Below, one piece after another: positions 40,569 to 52,460 of a DNA stretch of 64,000 bases. How positions within the stretch are numbered: the first letter of the stretch is position 1; each line of letters opens with the position of its first letter. Where the stretch lies: positions 47,740,001 through 47,804,000 of the forward strand of contig NC_043013.1 of assembly GCF_006345805.1 (NCBI RefSeq). Direction: 5' to 3'. Below the pieces are notes generated by a model. The model saw only the letters and a list, made by a program, of their open reading frames with translations. It was not told the DNA's origin and did not search any database. The position numbers and the translations under genes were made by a program. The stretch comes from Octopus sinensis. Its lineage: Eukaryota.

Positions 40569-40903
40569 CTAGCAGTATTGCCCGGCTTTTTATTTTTATT
40601 TTTCATGCAATTTACGCATGCTTGCACGCGTGGTGAACACAGTTCACGTCAAACAGCTGACTGAGTAAAGTTCACTATTCAATGCATGGGATAAGGCCTA
40701 AACAAACACATTATCGAATTTTGCACTTGCGAGATGAATTTCGGAACAGAAATAGCGCAGTTCAATTTTCATTTGCCTAAACTTTAAGTGACCCATTTTT
40801 GGTGGTTCTACGATTTATTGGCTAGGAGGAGATGTGCCGAGAAGTTAAACACATAGACACACACACAGATACGCAGACAAGTTGAGTTTTATATATATAT
40901 AGA
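40569..40903 (-). mobile_element. Non-autonomous Helitron, second family
   Basis: Minus strand begins A|TCTATATATATATAAAACTC and ends GCCGGGCAATACTGCTAG|T, sharing the terminal ~18 nt with 40033-40416 but with a different interior. Confidence 0.7.
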
Positions 40904-41146
40904 TAAAACACAAATTTGCGACATAAGGTTTCAACTGATGTATAGCTATTAGATAGACTGCAATAGGAGGGAGTGGTCATGGCTAGAGTGTCTTTCAGAT
41001 GTAGTCTGATAAATTAGAACTGACTGGTGCCGTCAACAATAACAGCAAGATTTTATATTTTTTTCAGAAAGCAACACCTGTGTCATTTTGCTTTCATGCT
41101 CTTAGGCACATGTGCAACAGACACACAGACAAGCATTTACATGCAG

Positions 41147-41150
41147 ATAA

Positions 41151-41203
<53 letters not shown>

Positions 41204-41221
41204 GAGAAAGATAGATAAATT

Positions 41222-41289
<68 letters not shown>
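41147..41289. repeat. (GATA)n microsatellite, 3' flank of Tx1-type LINE copy 1
   Basis: Directly visible; abuts the LINE terminus TGTTTCTTTATT. Confidence 0.95.
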
Positions 41290-44200
41290 TGTTTCTTTAT
41301 TAGCCACACAGGGCTGCACACAGATAGAACAAATTACAAGGTAGAGCTTTTCTTTTGGGGGTAAAAAAAGGGAGTGGTGGTTTTCGATCAAAAGGGATCG
41401 TAAAAGGAAAGAAAGAGGACAAAAAAAAGGGAGGGGTTAAAAAAAAAAAAGGGTGGGGGGAGAGCAAAAAAATTGATCAATAGGGATCGTTATCACAGAA
41501 ATGTCAATATGAAGTGTAAAGGGGGAGAACAGGTGAGGTTTACCCGTGGAAAGAAAAGCCTACGGAAAAGACCACGGTAACCTCGGTCAATGAAGTCACA
41601 TGTTATATTTCTTTTTTTTTTTGCAAATAAGCAACTCTCAACAAGGTGGCTTCGTCATTCATACGTGCCATCCTTGCTACATTCACCCATCTTTTTTTTA
41701 AAACATTCACTAGACAAAACTTGCCTCTCTACTCTCACTTTCCTCTTCAAGTGATACTTGAAGAAGTTGATGAGAGATTGACCAGAGAGGAAAGTGTTTG
41801 TCTCTAATCCTTTCAGGCGCGTCCACCAGATACATTCTTTCGCCATAGCCACAAGTATGAGGAAAATAGCTCTTCCTTCCCGTTTGAAGGAAGGAGGCGT
41901 GACGATATTAACGATAGACTCGGCTGATAAACCGACACGTCCCACACGTAACAGCAGTCGTTCGACATAAGCCCACAGGTCGGAAATTGCTGGACACTGC
42001 ACGATTGCGTGCAGAGCGGTTTCGTCGCTCTGCCGCATCTCGGGCAGGTCGGCCCCGTGTTTCTCGAGCCATGCCTATAGAGCTTATCCCGAACGGGTAG
42101 CGCTTCTCGGTAGCACCGCCAAGCCAGGGATCTCTGGAAGTTGTCATAGGTCCCGGGCCGCCGAAAGTCGTTTGAAACAGGCGGGTCAGGTATTCCTCGT
42201 CGACGCCCAGGTTTGCCCCGAGCTCGTCGTCGTACCTCCCCTCCACTAATCCCCTATAGAATGCTTTGGTTGTGTTGAAGTCACTCAAGGTCGACCCGGG
42301 ACGGCAGAGTTGCTTGAGAGCAACGCGACACTCGCGGTGCCATTCGCCCTTCCTCGGCCTCTTTTTGATCCACGACTGTAGTTCGGTCATGGAGACGAGC
42401 TGCGGGAATGCGTGCCTCACAAACGGCGACCACACCTGTTCACCGTCGTCTACATAGAGCCGGAGATGTCGCAGTCTCAGCGCGTGTCTGCGCATCATCA
42501 ACCACGGCATGCCCAGCCCTCCTTTTAACGGGTGTTGACAGCAAATGGATCGCCTGACCATCGGGACGCATCCTTTCCACAAGAAGCGGAAGAGGATGCG
42601 TTCTAGTTTGGTGATGGTAGGGTCGGGACAAGGTACGACGGTCAGGCGGTAGTAGATAATGGACGCGATGTACGCGTTCACCACCTCCGCCCGACCTTTT
42701 AGGGACAGTTTCCTCTCGGCCCATTGCTGGGCGAGAGTGACCACCCTACTCGTTATCTCGTTCCAGTTCTTCTCCATTTGGAGGTCCGGACCGAACCAGA
42801 CCCCGAGCAACTCAACCGGGCCGTCTGTCCAGCGTCCACGACGAGAGGTACTGGTGGACGGCATGGGCTTGCTTCTCCAGGTGCCGAGCCGCAAGCCCAC
42901 TGACTTTTCCCGGTTGATTTTTGCTCCTGTCACCGCTTCGTAGTCTTTCAGTGTCTCGCCGACCCGCTCGATGTGCTCGTGGCTTGACACTATGACGGTG
43001 ACGTCGTCCGCGTATGCAGACACGCTCGTCCCGCATCCCAATTCTCGCGGGATGCCCCTTAGAGTCGCCAGCTTCCGCAGTAGTGGCTGAAGAGTCAATA
43101 CGTATAGAAGCGCCGAGAGGGGGCATCCCTGACGGACCGAACGTGCAATGTCGAAAGGTCTCGATAGATGTCCATTTACGCGAATTACCGACGGATGCCT
43201 CTGTACAAGGCAGCTATCCAGCCGCGGAAGACGGGACCGAAACCAGCCGCTCTCAGGACTGCCTCCAAGTATCGATGGTCTACCCTATCAAAGGCTTTCG
43301 ATTGATCCAAGTTGATCAGGGCCCCACCCATGCCAGGTTCGTTAACTACCCTGTCTATGATGTAGCGCATCAGATGGAGGTTGTCATGGATGCTCCGGCC
43401 CGGCACGGCGCACGTTTGTGCGTTGTCGACCAGTTCTCGATGACAAGCGCCAACCTCTTGGCTAACACCTTTGTCAAAATTTTCAGGTCTGCATTGAGCA
43501 GCGTGATTGGTCTAAAGTTATCTATAATGTTTCCCTTGTTTGGATCTTTCTTCAGCAGAGTTACAGCTCCTCGACTCACAAAACCGGGTATGCTCCCGTT
43601 TTGCTGCCAGTTGCAGTATACTGCTGCCAAGACGTCCCCAAACAAGTCTGGCATACAATTGTAAAACTCGTAGGGTAGACCATCCAAACCCGGTGATTTG
43701 TCTCTCGAGCATTTGCTATCGCTTCCTGCACGTTCCGCCGCCGTGATGGCACCTTCGCAGCACCCTGCCTTTCTTGTCGAGAGTCGTGGCAGGCTATGTA
43801 GGTAGGCACTGAAGTCCACCCTACGTTCTTGCCCTCCACTCGTCCCGAACAGTCGGGCAAAATGCTGCTGAAAGGCCTCACACATTTTACTTGGCTCGAG
43901 CAATTCGCGCCCCTGTTCATCTACCAGTGACCGAATGGTGGCTTTGTTGCCTTGTTGCGCCTCTGCCACCCGGGCCTCTCTCGCGGCTCCAACACCTTCG
44001 TTCCTTAGAGCACGCATCCTAGCTCTGACAGCACATCCTTCGTGTTTGGCGTTGAAGTGTTGGTCGAGGGCCAACCTCGCCGCCAAAACGTCGGATGCGA
44101 TGCCGCTTCTAATTGCCTCTTCTAGCTTCTTAACTAGCTCACCCTCTACTCTATTTCTATCTATGGCTAGTGATTTGCTGTACCTAATCGCTTCTGCTTT

Positions 44201-44450
44201 TACTGCTCTCTTGAGGGAAAACCACCATTTGTTGTGATGATGGCTCCCGTCAAAGCCCTCTTTACTAGTGTGCTAATCCGGTCTCTGAAAACTTGTCTGG
44301 ACGGGAATGATGCGTTCAGTTTCCAGTACCCAGGACCCTGTCTATGTGCCTTATCTAAGTCTAGCGTACACGTCACCAATTTGTGATCCGTGTAGCTGAC
44401 TGTGTGGAATTGTGGACATCCTAAGTTATCCTTGTCTACTGTCCTACACA
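41290..44450 (-). mobile_element. Tx1/L1-type non-LTR retrotransposon, copy 1, 5'-truncated within the endonuclease domain
   Basis: RT motifs KSPGLDGLPYEFY, FRPITLLNADLKIL, LDQSKAFDRVDH, QGCPLS, YADDVTV and C-terminal C..C..DETALHAIVQCP; several frameshifts; nearly identical to 59779-63030. Confidence 0.95.
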
Positions 44451-44621
<171 letters not shown>

Positions 44622-45145
44622 GCAATCAAAATTATAGACACACAAATAGACACGTATCTATCTATCTGACTATCTACAGATAGATATTCTGATACGCAGA
44701 CAGACAGGTTTAGTGACCGATAGACAAATAGATAGACCGATAGACTGACTGACAGATAGACAGAGACACTGCTTGGCATTCTAACTGATAAACAGATAAA
44801 TATACCATATCCAGTTGAGACGGACTGTATACCGTCTGCAACGATAACTGTTACCATCGAGTAAATTTTAATACCATTGCATAACTTTAAGGAACATTTA
44901 GGACAAAAACCTTAAGTAAACACATTTATGTGGGATTTTTCGTAAAAAATTAAGCTTTTAATAATATTTCTATATGTGATGTCGATGGCTGTGTGGTAAG
45001 TAGCTTGTTTACCAACCACATGATTCCGGGTTCAGTCCCACTGCGTGGCACCTTGGGCAAGTGTCTTCTACTATAGCCTCGGGCCGACCAAAGCCTTGTG
45101 AGTGGATTTGGTAGACGGAAATTGAAAGAAGCCCGTCGTATATAT

Positions 45146-45362
45146 ATATATATATATAACGGGAAGCTTTATGAAAATAAACAAAAGACGAAGGCAGGTG
45201 GAATACAAACAAACAATTGTATTAGTATGGCGCTCAGGAATATAAATAAAACAAGTCTTTTACGTTTCGAGCCTACGCTCTTCAACAGAAAGATACACAG
45301 AAAAGAAACACGGAGAGAAACAAGGAGAGAAAAAAATGCGTGCAGAAGCTAGCGAATCAACA
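45146..45362 (-). mobile_element. Penelope-like/retrozyme-like fragment (family also at 53060-53270)
   Basis: Shares AAAGACGAAGGCAGGTGG..GCTCAGGAAT..TTTTACGTTTC..CCTACGCTCTTC with 53060-53270 and carries a hammerhead-like fold. Confidence 0.55.
45256..45293 (-). ncRNA. Minimal type I hammerhead-ribozyme-like fold with palindromic ACGT stem III
   Basis: Minus strand TCTTT-CTGTTGA-A-GAGC(GTAG)GCTC-GAAAC-GT-A-AAAGA: 5-bp stem I, 4-bp stem II, GUA triplet; A6 is U. Confidence 0.55.
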
Positions 45363-45766
45363 TACGTGTGTGTGTTTGTGTGAGTGTGTTTGTCCCCCTA
45401 GCATTGCTTGACAACCGATGCTGGTGTGTTTATGTCCCCGTTACTTAGCGGTTCGGCAAAAGTGACCGATAGAATAAGTACTGGGCTTACAAAAGAATAA
45501 GTCCCGGGATCGAGTTGCTCGATTAAAGGCGGTGCTCCAGCATGGCCGCGGTCAGATGACTGAAACAATTAAAAGAGAGAATAGATATACGTATACATAT
45601 ATATGCGCCTGTAGGTGTATGCTTGTGTGTTTGTCTTTGTGTATCAAGTAAGACAGAAAGGAAAAGAGGAGATTTTTAAATAGTTGATACAGACACAACA
45701 CAGGGTATTCTTTCAGGATTTTGGGATAAAGTTTTCATGAATAACCCAATAGGTTTACTATTAATT

Positions 45767-45793
45767 CCGTGAAATATTCACGGGTCACGCTAG
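45767..45793 (+). mobile_element. Isolated Helitron-like 3' terminus
   Basis: Hairpin CCGTGAA-ATA-TTCACGG followed by GTCACG-CTAG|T; 5' end not located. Confidence 0.4.
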
Positions 45794-47367
45794 TATATAT
45801 GGTTTTCACTAATTTTCGATAGGGATGCAACGAATATGTAAATGTTTCGTAATCTTATCGCGCGCAGAAATAAAGAATAAAAACTCGGAGGTTTCTTATT
45901 AATTTTTTTTCTAAACTCCACTTCAAGATTTTACTTTTAAAAATAACCTTTATTGTTTTGTAAATAGGAATTTGGTTCTGTTTTAGGTTAGCAGGACACG
46001 AATAACTACCTTGAACGATTAAGAGATAAGAAAAGGAGGGGTGAAAACAGAAAGAGAAAAGATAAGAGAGAGGGGGAGTGTGAGGGAGATATTTCTATTT
46101 CGTAAAAGCAAGAGTGTAAGAGGGAGGGAAACCAACAATCTCACACAATGAAAAGCAACGTCGTCCTGACGGCGGGGGTCGCATCCGTAGTAGCATAGAA
46201 AATCCTGATATTACAAAACAAAACCGAAAGAGTTACTGAAGAGGGAAAGCAAGAGCATGTAAAATCCGAGAGGAAATGTTAGAAAGACAAAACACGACAG
46301 CAGAAAATCTAATACAGGGAATTTGAACTCCTGAAAAAGCAACACACAGACAAGACTTTGAATGGGAAGATCCACGAATGCAAGTACACTTCAAACAGAA
46401 AAGGGGAAAAGGCTGCAGAAACAGCTTTAAATCGAAGCGGAAAAGAGAAAACAATTCATAAATTTGAAGAAGCGAGAAAAGGAACTAGGTTGGAAAGTTG
46501 GATGCTATATAGTCAAAGTATCGTGCACAGGTGTGCTTGCAGGAAGATAATTCAAACTGCTGAAAAACAAATAATAGTTTCAATATCAGTTGTATTAATA
46601 CACAGCTGGTACAATTACCTATATCCCAGGTATGTAAATAACATACCCGAGCCATTAAGACATAGTATCCTAATGCTAGTGTCTGAGTATTGCAAATATA
46701 TTATGTATACATATATGTATACGTAAATATATCCATATATATGTACACACACAGAAATCTATACACACACACACATATACATATATATGTGTATGTATTT
46801 ATGTATATGTGTTTATATAATTTAAAGGAGGGGGAAAAACCAAATTGACATTACAATTCTTTCCGTAAACGGACATTTTTATTCCATATCTCATAAAGCG
46901 TTATGCAACTCATATGTAATACACGCCATGATATATTGAATAGTTTAATAATTCTACAGTCGATTTGTTGCCTCAGATGCCATGACTTGAATTAACCATC
47001 GACCAAATGAATATTTTAGGGAGAGTTCAATTCGGTGTGTCAAGATATGCAAATAGACCGAATACTTGTAGCCGCCACTCGATATTTTCTGTAGGGTTTA
47101 AGAGAGTAAATCTTAATAAGAGGTCTAGAGCAGTGTTTCCCAACGTGGGACGTAGCATAGGTTGTGAAAATGTTTGCAAGTGACTTGAGCACACATTTGT
47201 CGATCCTAAACCTATCTTTTTCATTGAAATGAAAAAAAAAAGAAATATCGCAATGCAATATTTATACTTAAACCATGGGAATCGATGTAGTTACGAACAA
47301 TCAGCGGACCAAGTGAAGTATCTGCATTTGTTAGGCGTTTCCTTCTCTGTTTCAATGTCTATTGTCA

Positions 47368-47430
<63 letters not shown>

Positions 47431-47469
47431 TTATAGATATATATATATATGTATATATGTTATATATAT

Positions 47470-47745
47470 AGAAATACAAAATGGCTGACGGTTAGTAAGG
47501 AGAGACAAATAAGAAAGAAGAAAACAAAGGGCAAAGGGCCACTGATGCGGTCACAGGAGTGTGGACGAAAGAACTCTGGCCGAAATAAGATTAAGATTAA
47601 TGTAAAAATAAATAACACTAAAGCAAAATAACACCAAATATATAGTGCGTGTGTTTTTATTGGCTAAACTGGCAAAATGACCATTCCGAAATATAACAAT
47701 ATCTGTTCAACACACGACTTCACATAAAAAATCTTGCACAACAAA
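47470..47745 (+). mobile_element. (TA)n-embedded Penelope-like fragment, same family as 10440-10803
   Basis: Direct match to 10622-10803 and inverted match to 10440-10555; flanked by (TA)n on both sides. Confidence 0.55.
47537..47581 (+). ncRNA. Minimal type I hammerhead-ribozyme-like fold, non-canonical core
   Basis: GGCCA-CTGATGC-G-GTCACA(GGAG)TGT(G)GAC-GAAA-GAAC-TC-TGGCC: perfect 5-bp stem I, CUC triplet; A9 is C. Confidence 0.5.
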
Positions 47746-47796
47746 TAGCATATATATAATATATATATTAATATAATATATATATATATATAGTAT

Positions 47797-47829
<33 letters not shown>

Positions 47830-48139
47830 TATATAATTATATATATAATATATCGCTGTTCGACTTAAGGTTATCCTCGATTTTATAGTAAGATGAATTT
47901 ATATTGAATTCATTTATTTTGTTTATTTTGTTCATTGTATGCTTAAGACCGTTAATTGAAAGGACCAATGGAACAAATCCATTTTTAAAGGTGTATCCTT
48001 TACCTAGTTTTGATCATATCGTTATTTCTCTTCTATTTTAACAAAACTGTTAAAGTTTAGCCCATTTGGCGCAAAGTAGCGAAGATAGAAGATTAATTCT
48101 GGTTCACGGCGGAGGCGGAAGTACAGACAGCCCTGCGTA

Positions 48140-48300
48140 TGTATGTATGACGGACTTCTTTCAGTTTCTCCCTACCAAATTCCTTTACAAGACTTTGCTC
48201 AGCTCGAGATTACAGAAGACACCTGCCACAGATGCCACGCAGTGGGATTGATCCCGGAGCTGTGTAGTTTGGAAGCAAACTTGTTAGCACACAGCCATGT
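48140..48300 (-). mobile_element. Old SINE family A 5' half
   Basis: CTTCTTTCAGTTTC..CCAAAT..GATGCCACGCAGTGGGATTGATCCCGG matches the family-A head/body. Confidence 0.65.
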
Positions 48301-48579
48301 GACGTATATATGTGTGTGTGAGAGAGTGTGTGTATGTATGTGTATATGTGCGTGTTCTAAGTAACATAATACAGTATAGTTTTCGTCTGGTGATCTGTTG
48401 CGGTTCATCATTCGGTTGCACCCGGGACATCCTGTGCAAATGTTCCAAATAATCCCGATGATGAAAATCTCTCCAGGGAACACACAATACGAATTTATGT
48501 TTACATATTCTGGCCCATATTTTCTCTGTATTTCACAGCTAGTAACACTACTAGGTAAAGTAGTAACCACACATCTATA

Positions 48580-48830
48580 CTGGAAGCAAGCTGGATGATG
48601 AAACGCAAATTGTGCGTGCGTGTGTGTGTGTGTGTGCGTGTGTGTGTGTGTATACACACACACACGCACACACTGGAAGCAAGCTCGATGGTGAAACGCA
48701 ATTTGTGCGTGCGTGTGTGTGTGTGTATACGTGTGTGTGCGTGTGTGTGTGTGTATACACACACACACGCACACACTGGAAGCAAGCTCGATGGTGAAAC
48801 GCAATTTGTGCGTGCGTGTGTGTGTGTGTA
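48580..48830. repeat. Composite minisatellite: three copies of a ~33-bp unique core separated by (GT)n-TATA-(CA)n
   Basis: CTGGAAGCAAGCTCGATGGTGAAACGCAATTTGTGCG-like core at ~48580, ~48674 and ~48776. Confidence 0.85.
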
Positions 48831-49048
48831 TAACGTGTGTGTGCGTGTGTGCGTGTGCGTACATGTATGTGTGTTTGTGTGTGTGTGTGTTTGTGCGTGT
48901 GTGTGTGTGTGCGTGTATGTGTGTGTGTGAGTATGTGAAGGTTTCAACGAAGCTCAATGATACCGGTGTTACATCGACAAGGCGGGCAACATTTAGAAGG
49001 GACAAACTATATAGTGTAATTGCTTTAGCGGTGAACTATTATACAATT

Positions 49049-49500
49049 TCTCTTCTTCTTCTTACAGCATTCACCCGGGGTGGGTTGAGGTGGCTTCATT
49101 CATCCTCAATGCTGCATCTCTCACAAACGCCGACCAGACCTGGCGATTTGAAGCTAACGACCGCGTGATCTCCAACCACTCCTTATTCCAGCGGCGAACG
49201 CCGTAGATATGGGGGCCTAGGCTGGGTTCCAGATCAGCCTTGATTGTCGTCAGCCAGGTTTTTCGTTGTCCACCACATCGCTTTCGCCAACCCTGAAGGG
49301 GAGCTGGGGCAATTGCTTCGTAGATGAATTGTCCTGGTTGACGACGGAGGGCATGACCCAACCAACGCAGACGTCTCGTCAGGACGACTTGTCGGAGGGA
49401 GGTGATTCTGCACTGGTGTCGCACCGAATTGTTGGAGACAAAGTGATGCCATCGAATCCTTCAAATACTCCTCATGTATATCGCACCTTCTTCAATGACT
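49049..49500 (-). mobile_element. RTE-clade LINE 3' end (second family)
   Basis: RIRWHHFVSNNSVRHQC..RRLRWLGHALRR..GWRKRCGGQRKTW..NRQVWSAFVRDA followed by an (AAG)n tail. Confidence 0.88.
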
Positions 49501-49700
49501 ATTTTGGAAAGGGTCCATTCTCGAGATAAAGATGACAGGAGGAAGGGTCTAAAACTATATATAAATGTGTGTGCACATGATTATCAATGTATATACTTAT
49601 ATATAAATGTATATGTGTATGCTTCTAAATACATTCAAGTGTTTTTACATACGTATGGGCGTTACATATGTATATATAGATATATCAATATTTTCCTGGA

Positions 49701-49914
49701 CAAGGCGGCGATCTGGCACAAACGTTACCACGTCGGGCGAAATGCTAAGCTGTATTTCTTCTGCTTTTACGTTCTGAGTTCAAATTCCGCCGATGACGAA
49801 TTTGCCTTTCATCCCTTCGGGGTCGATAAATTAAGTACCAGTTGCGTACTGGGGTCGATCAAAACGACTGGCCTCCTCTCCCAAAATTTTAGGCGTTGTG
49901 CCTAGAGTAGAAAA
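49701..49914 (+). mobile_element. SINE B-related monomer with tail-b variant and 15-bp TSD
   Basis: AAGGCGGCGATCTGGC head, family-B body, tail CCCAAAATTTTAGGCGTTGTGCCTAGAGTAGAAAA; CAATATTTTCCTGGA at 49686-49700 and 49915-49929. Confidence 0.82.
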
Positions 49915-49926
49915 CAATATTTTCCT

Positions 49927-49961
<35 letters not shown>

Positions 49962-50158
49962 TGGTATAGATGTAGATACAAGAGAAAATATACGTATGAT
50001 TCTTTAAGTATATAAAAGCGTATATATATACATTTATGTGTGTATTTGCACTCATAGGATTGTATGTATAAATGTGTGAGAGTGTTTGTGTGTGTGCATG
50101 TATGTCTATTTATGCATATATGTATAAATGTATCAGGGGATACATACACGCGCACCTA

Positions 50159-50159
<1 letters not shown>

Positions 50160-50209
<50 letters not shown>

Positions 50210-50213
50210 TATA

Positions 50214-50244
<31 letters not shown>

Positions 50245-50719
50245 ATATATATAAATATATAGGGAGGGAGAGAAGAAGAAAGAGGCGGGTGCATGTAAAC
50301 ATATAAACATACGTTGGGTGGGTGAGTCTATGTGTGTGTGTGTGTGTGTGTGTGTATGAATGTGTGTGTGTGAATGACTGCTAGTAGATGCGTGTGCATG
50401 TGTGCGAGAGTGTGTGTATGTCTTTGTGTTAGTCCAACCATCACTCGAAACCAGTTGCTGGTTTGATTACGTTCCTTTAACGTAACAATATAGATAGATA
50501 GACAGACATACAGGTAGATATACACATATATATATATATGTATACATATATATGTATACATTTATATATACATATATATATATTATGTATACATATATAC
50601 ATAACTATGCATATATATATATAATGTATAAATATAACTATAAAATATGTATGTATATACTTAATTATCCTTAAATATATATATGTACGTGTGTATTTGT
50701 TTGTATGTATATACGTATT

Positions 50720-50758
<39 letters not shown>

Positions 50759-50793
50759 TTATATATAATGCATAGATAACAACACATACGCAC

Positions 50794-50850
<57 letters not shown>

Positions 50851-50931
50851 CATATATATAATGTGTATATACATATGTACACACAAACAAACACATGCAA
50901 ATATACACACACACGCAGACATACACTGAGG

Positions 50932-50963
<32 letters not shown>

Positions 50964-51141
50964 CGCATGTGTATTTATATATACACTCACATATATATGG
51001 ACGTATGCACTCAGGAGACAAAATCGCTGGTCATACATGCATGCTGACATACATACATTCATATGAAAAGTGGAAAAGTTATTCCCACCACCCAATACAT
51101 ACATACATACATACATACATGCATGCATATACATACATACA

Positions 51142-51173
<32 letters not shown>

Positions 51174-51374
51174 CACTACATACATACTCTCATACATACA
51201 AGCATACATACACACAAATACATACATACATACATGCCATGCATACATACAACATAACATACATACATACCATACATGCATGCATACATACACACATACT
51301 TACATACACATACATACATACACCATACATACATACATACATATACATACATATACAAATTTACAAAACATGCA

Positions 51375-51405
<31 letters not shown>

Positions 51406-51616
51406 CATACATACATACATACATTACATATATACATACATACATACTCTACATACATACTGCATACATACAACACATCATACATACATACATACATGCA
51501 TGCATACATACATACATACATACATACATACATACATACATACATGCATACATACATAGCATACATACACACATACATACTACATACATACATACATGCA
51601 TGCATACATACATACA

Positions 51617-51649
<33 letters not shown>

Positions 51650-51700
51650 GTGTATGTGAGTGAGTGTGTCTGTGTGTGTATAGTGTTTGTGTATGTTAGT
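50160..51700. repeat. Large (CT)n/(TA)n/(CA)n/(TACA)n microsatellite field
   Basis: Directly visible. Confidence 0.9.
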
Positions 51701-51799
51701 GTGTGTATGTGTGTGTATTTATATACACACACCTATATATGCCGCTGCATTGCCACAGTCCATTGCACTATACTTGGAAACTACTTTGAATGATTTATT

Positions 51800-51914
51800 C
51801 GAACGAATCGACTCCAGTGCCTCTTCATGGTGTGTTACTTATTCTATCGGTGACCTTGCTGAACCACTAAGTTACGGGAACGTAAACACACCAGCATCGG
51901 TTGTCAAGCGCTCA

Positions 51915-51965
<51 letters not shown>

Positions 51966-52460
51966 TATATACACACGCACACACACACACATACACACGC
52001 ATATATATATATATATATTATATATATATATATATACGATGGAATTCTTTCAGCTACCGTCTACCAATCCACTCACAAGGCTTAGTAGAAGACACTTGCC
52101 TAAGGTGCCACGCAGTGGAACTGAACCCGGAACCATGTGGTTGGGAAGCAAGCTACTTACCACACGGCCGCTCCTACGCCCATCGGTCACTTTTGTTGAA
52201 CTGCTAAGTTACGAGGACATAAATACACCAAGATTGGTTCTCAAGTGATGGTGGAGTGACAAACCCAGACACAAAGATACACACATAAATATATATACCT
52301 ATATAGATATACGATAGGCTTCTTTCAGTTTCCGTCTACGGAATCCACTCACAAGTCTTTACTCAGCCGAGGCTATAGTAGTAGACAGTTGCTTAAGGTG
52401 AGACGCAGTGGGACTGAACTCGTGTCCATGTGGTTGAGAAGCAAGCTTCCTCTGTTGCTT
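51800..52460 (-). mobile_element. Two adjacent diverged SINE family A copies
   Basis: CCACTAAGTTACGGGAACGTAAACACACCAGCATCGGTTG..GGAACCATGTGGTTGG (51800-52180) and a second copy 52185-52460. Confidence 0.75.

Larger units (their letters stand above)
44983..45580 (+). mobile_element. SINE family A split by a ~215-bp insertion in its internal (TA)n
   Basis: Head and body 44983-45145, foreign segment 45146-45362, SINE A 3' half 45363-45580. Confidence 0.8.

Noticed and set aside
42266-44237. Plus-strand ORFs of 60-216 aa overlapping the LINE copies (also 60528-63881)
   Set aside because: Antisense frames of GC-rich ORF2, duplicated simply because the LINE is duplicated.
46130-46726. Purine-rich stretch with a 122-aa ORF
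   Set aside because: Looks like a highly decayed retroelement coding region but has no diagnostic motif; not assignable.
48300-48600. Complex-looking ORF tail ..CEIQRKYGPEYVNINSYC..
   Set aside because: The ORF length comes from microsatellite; the unique part may be a decayed Tc1-type N-terminus but motifs are too weak to call.
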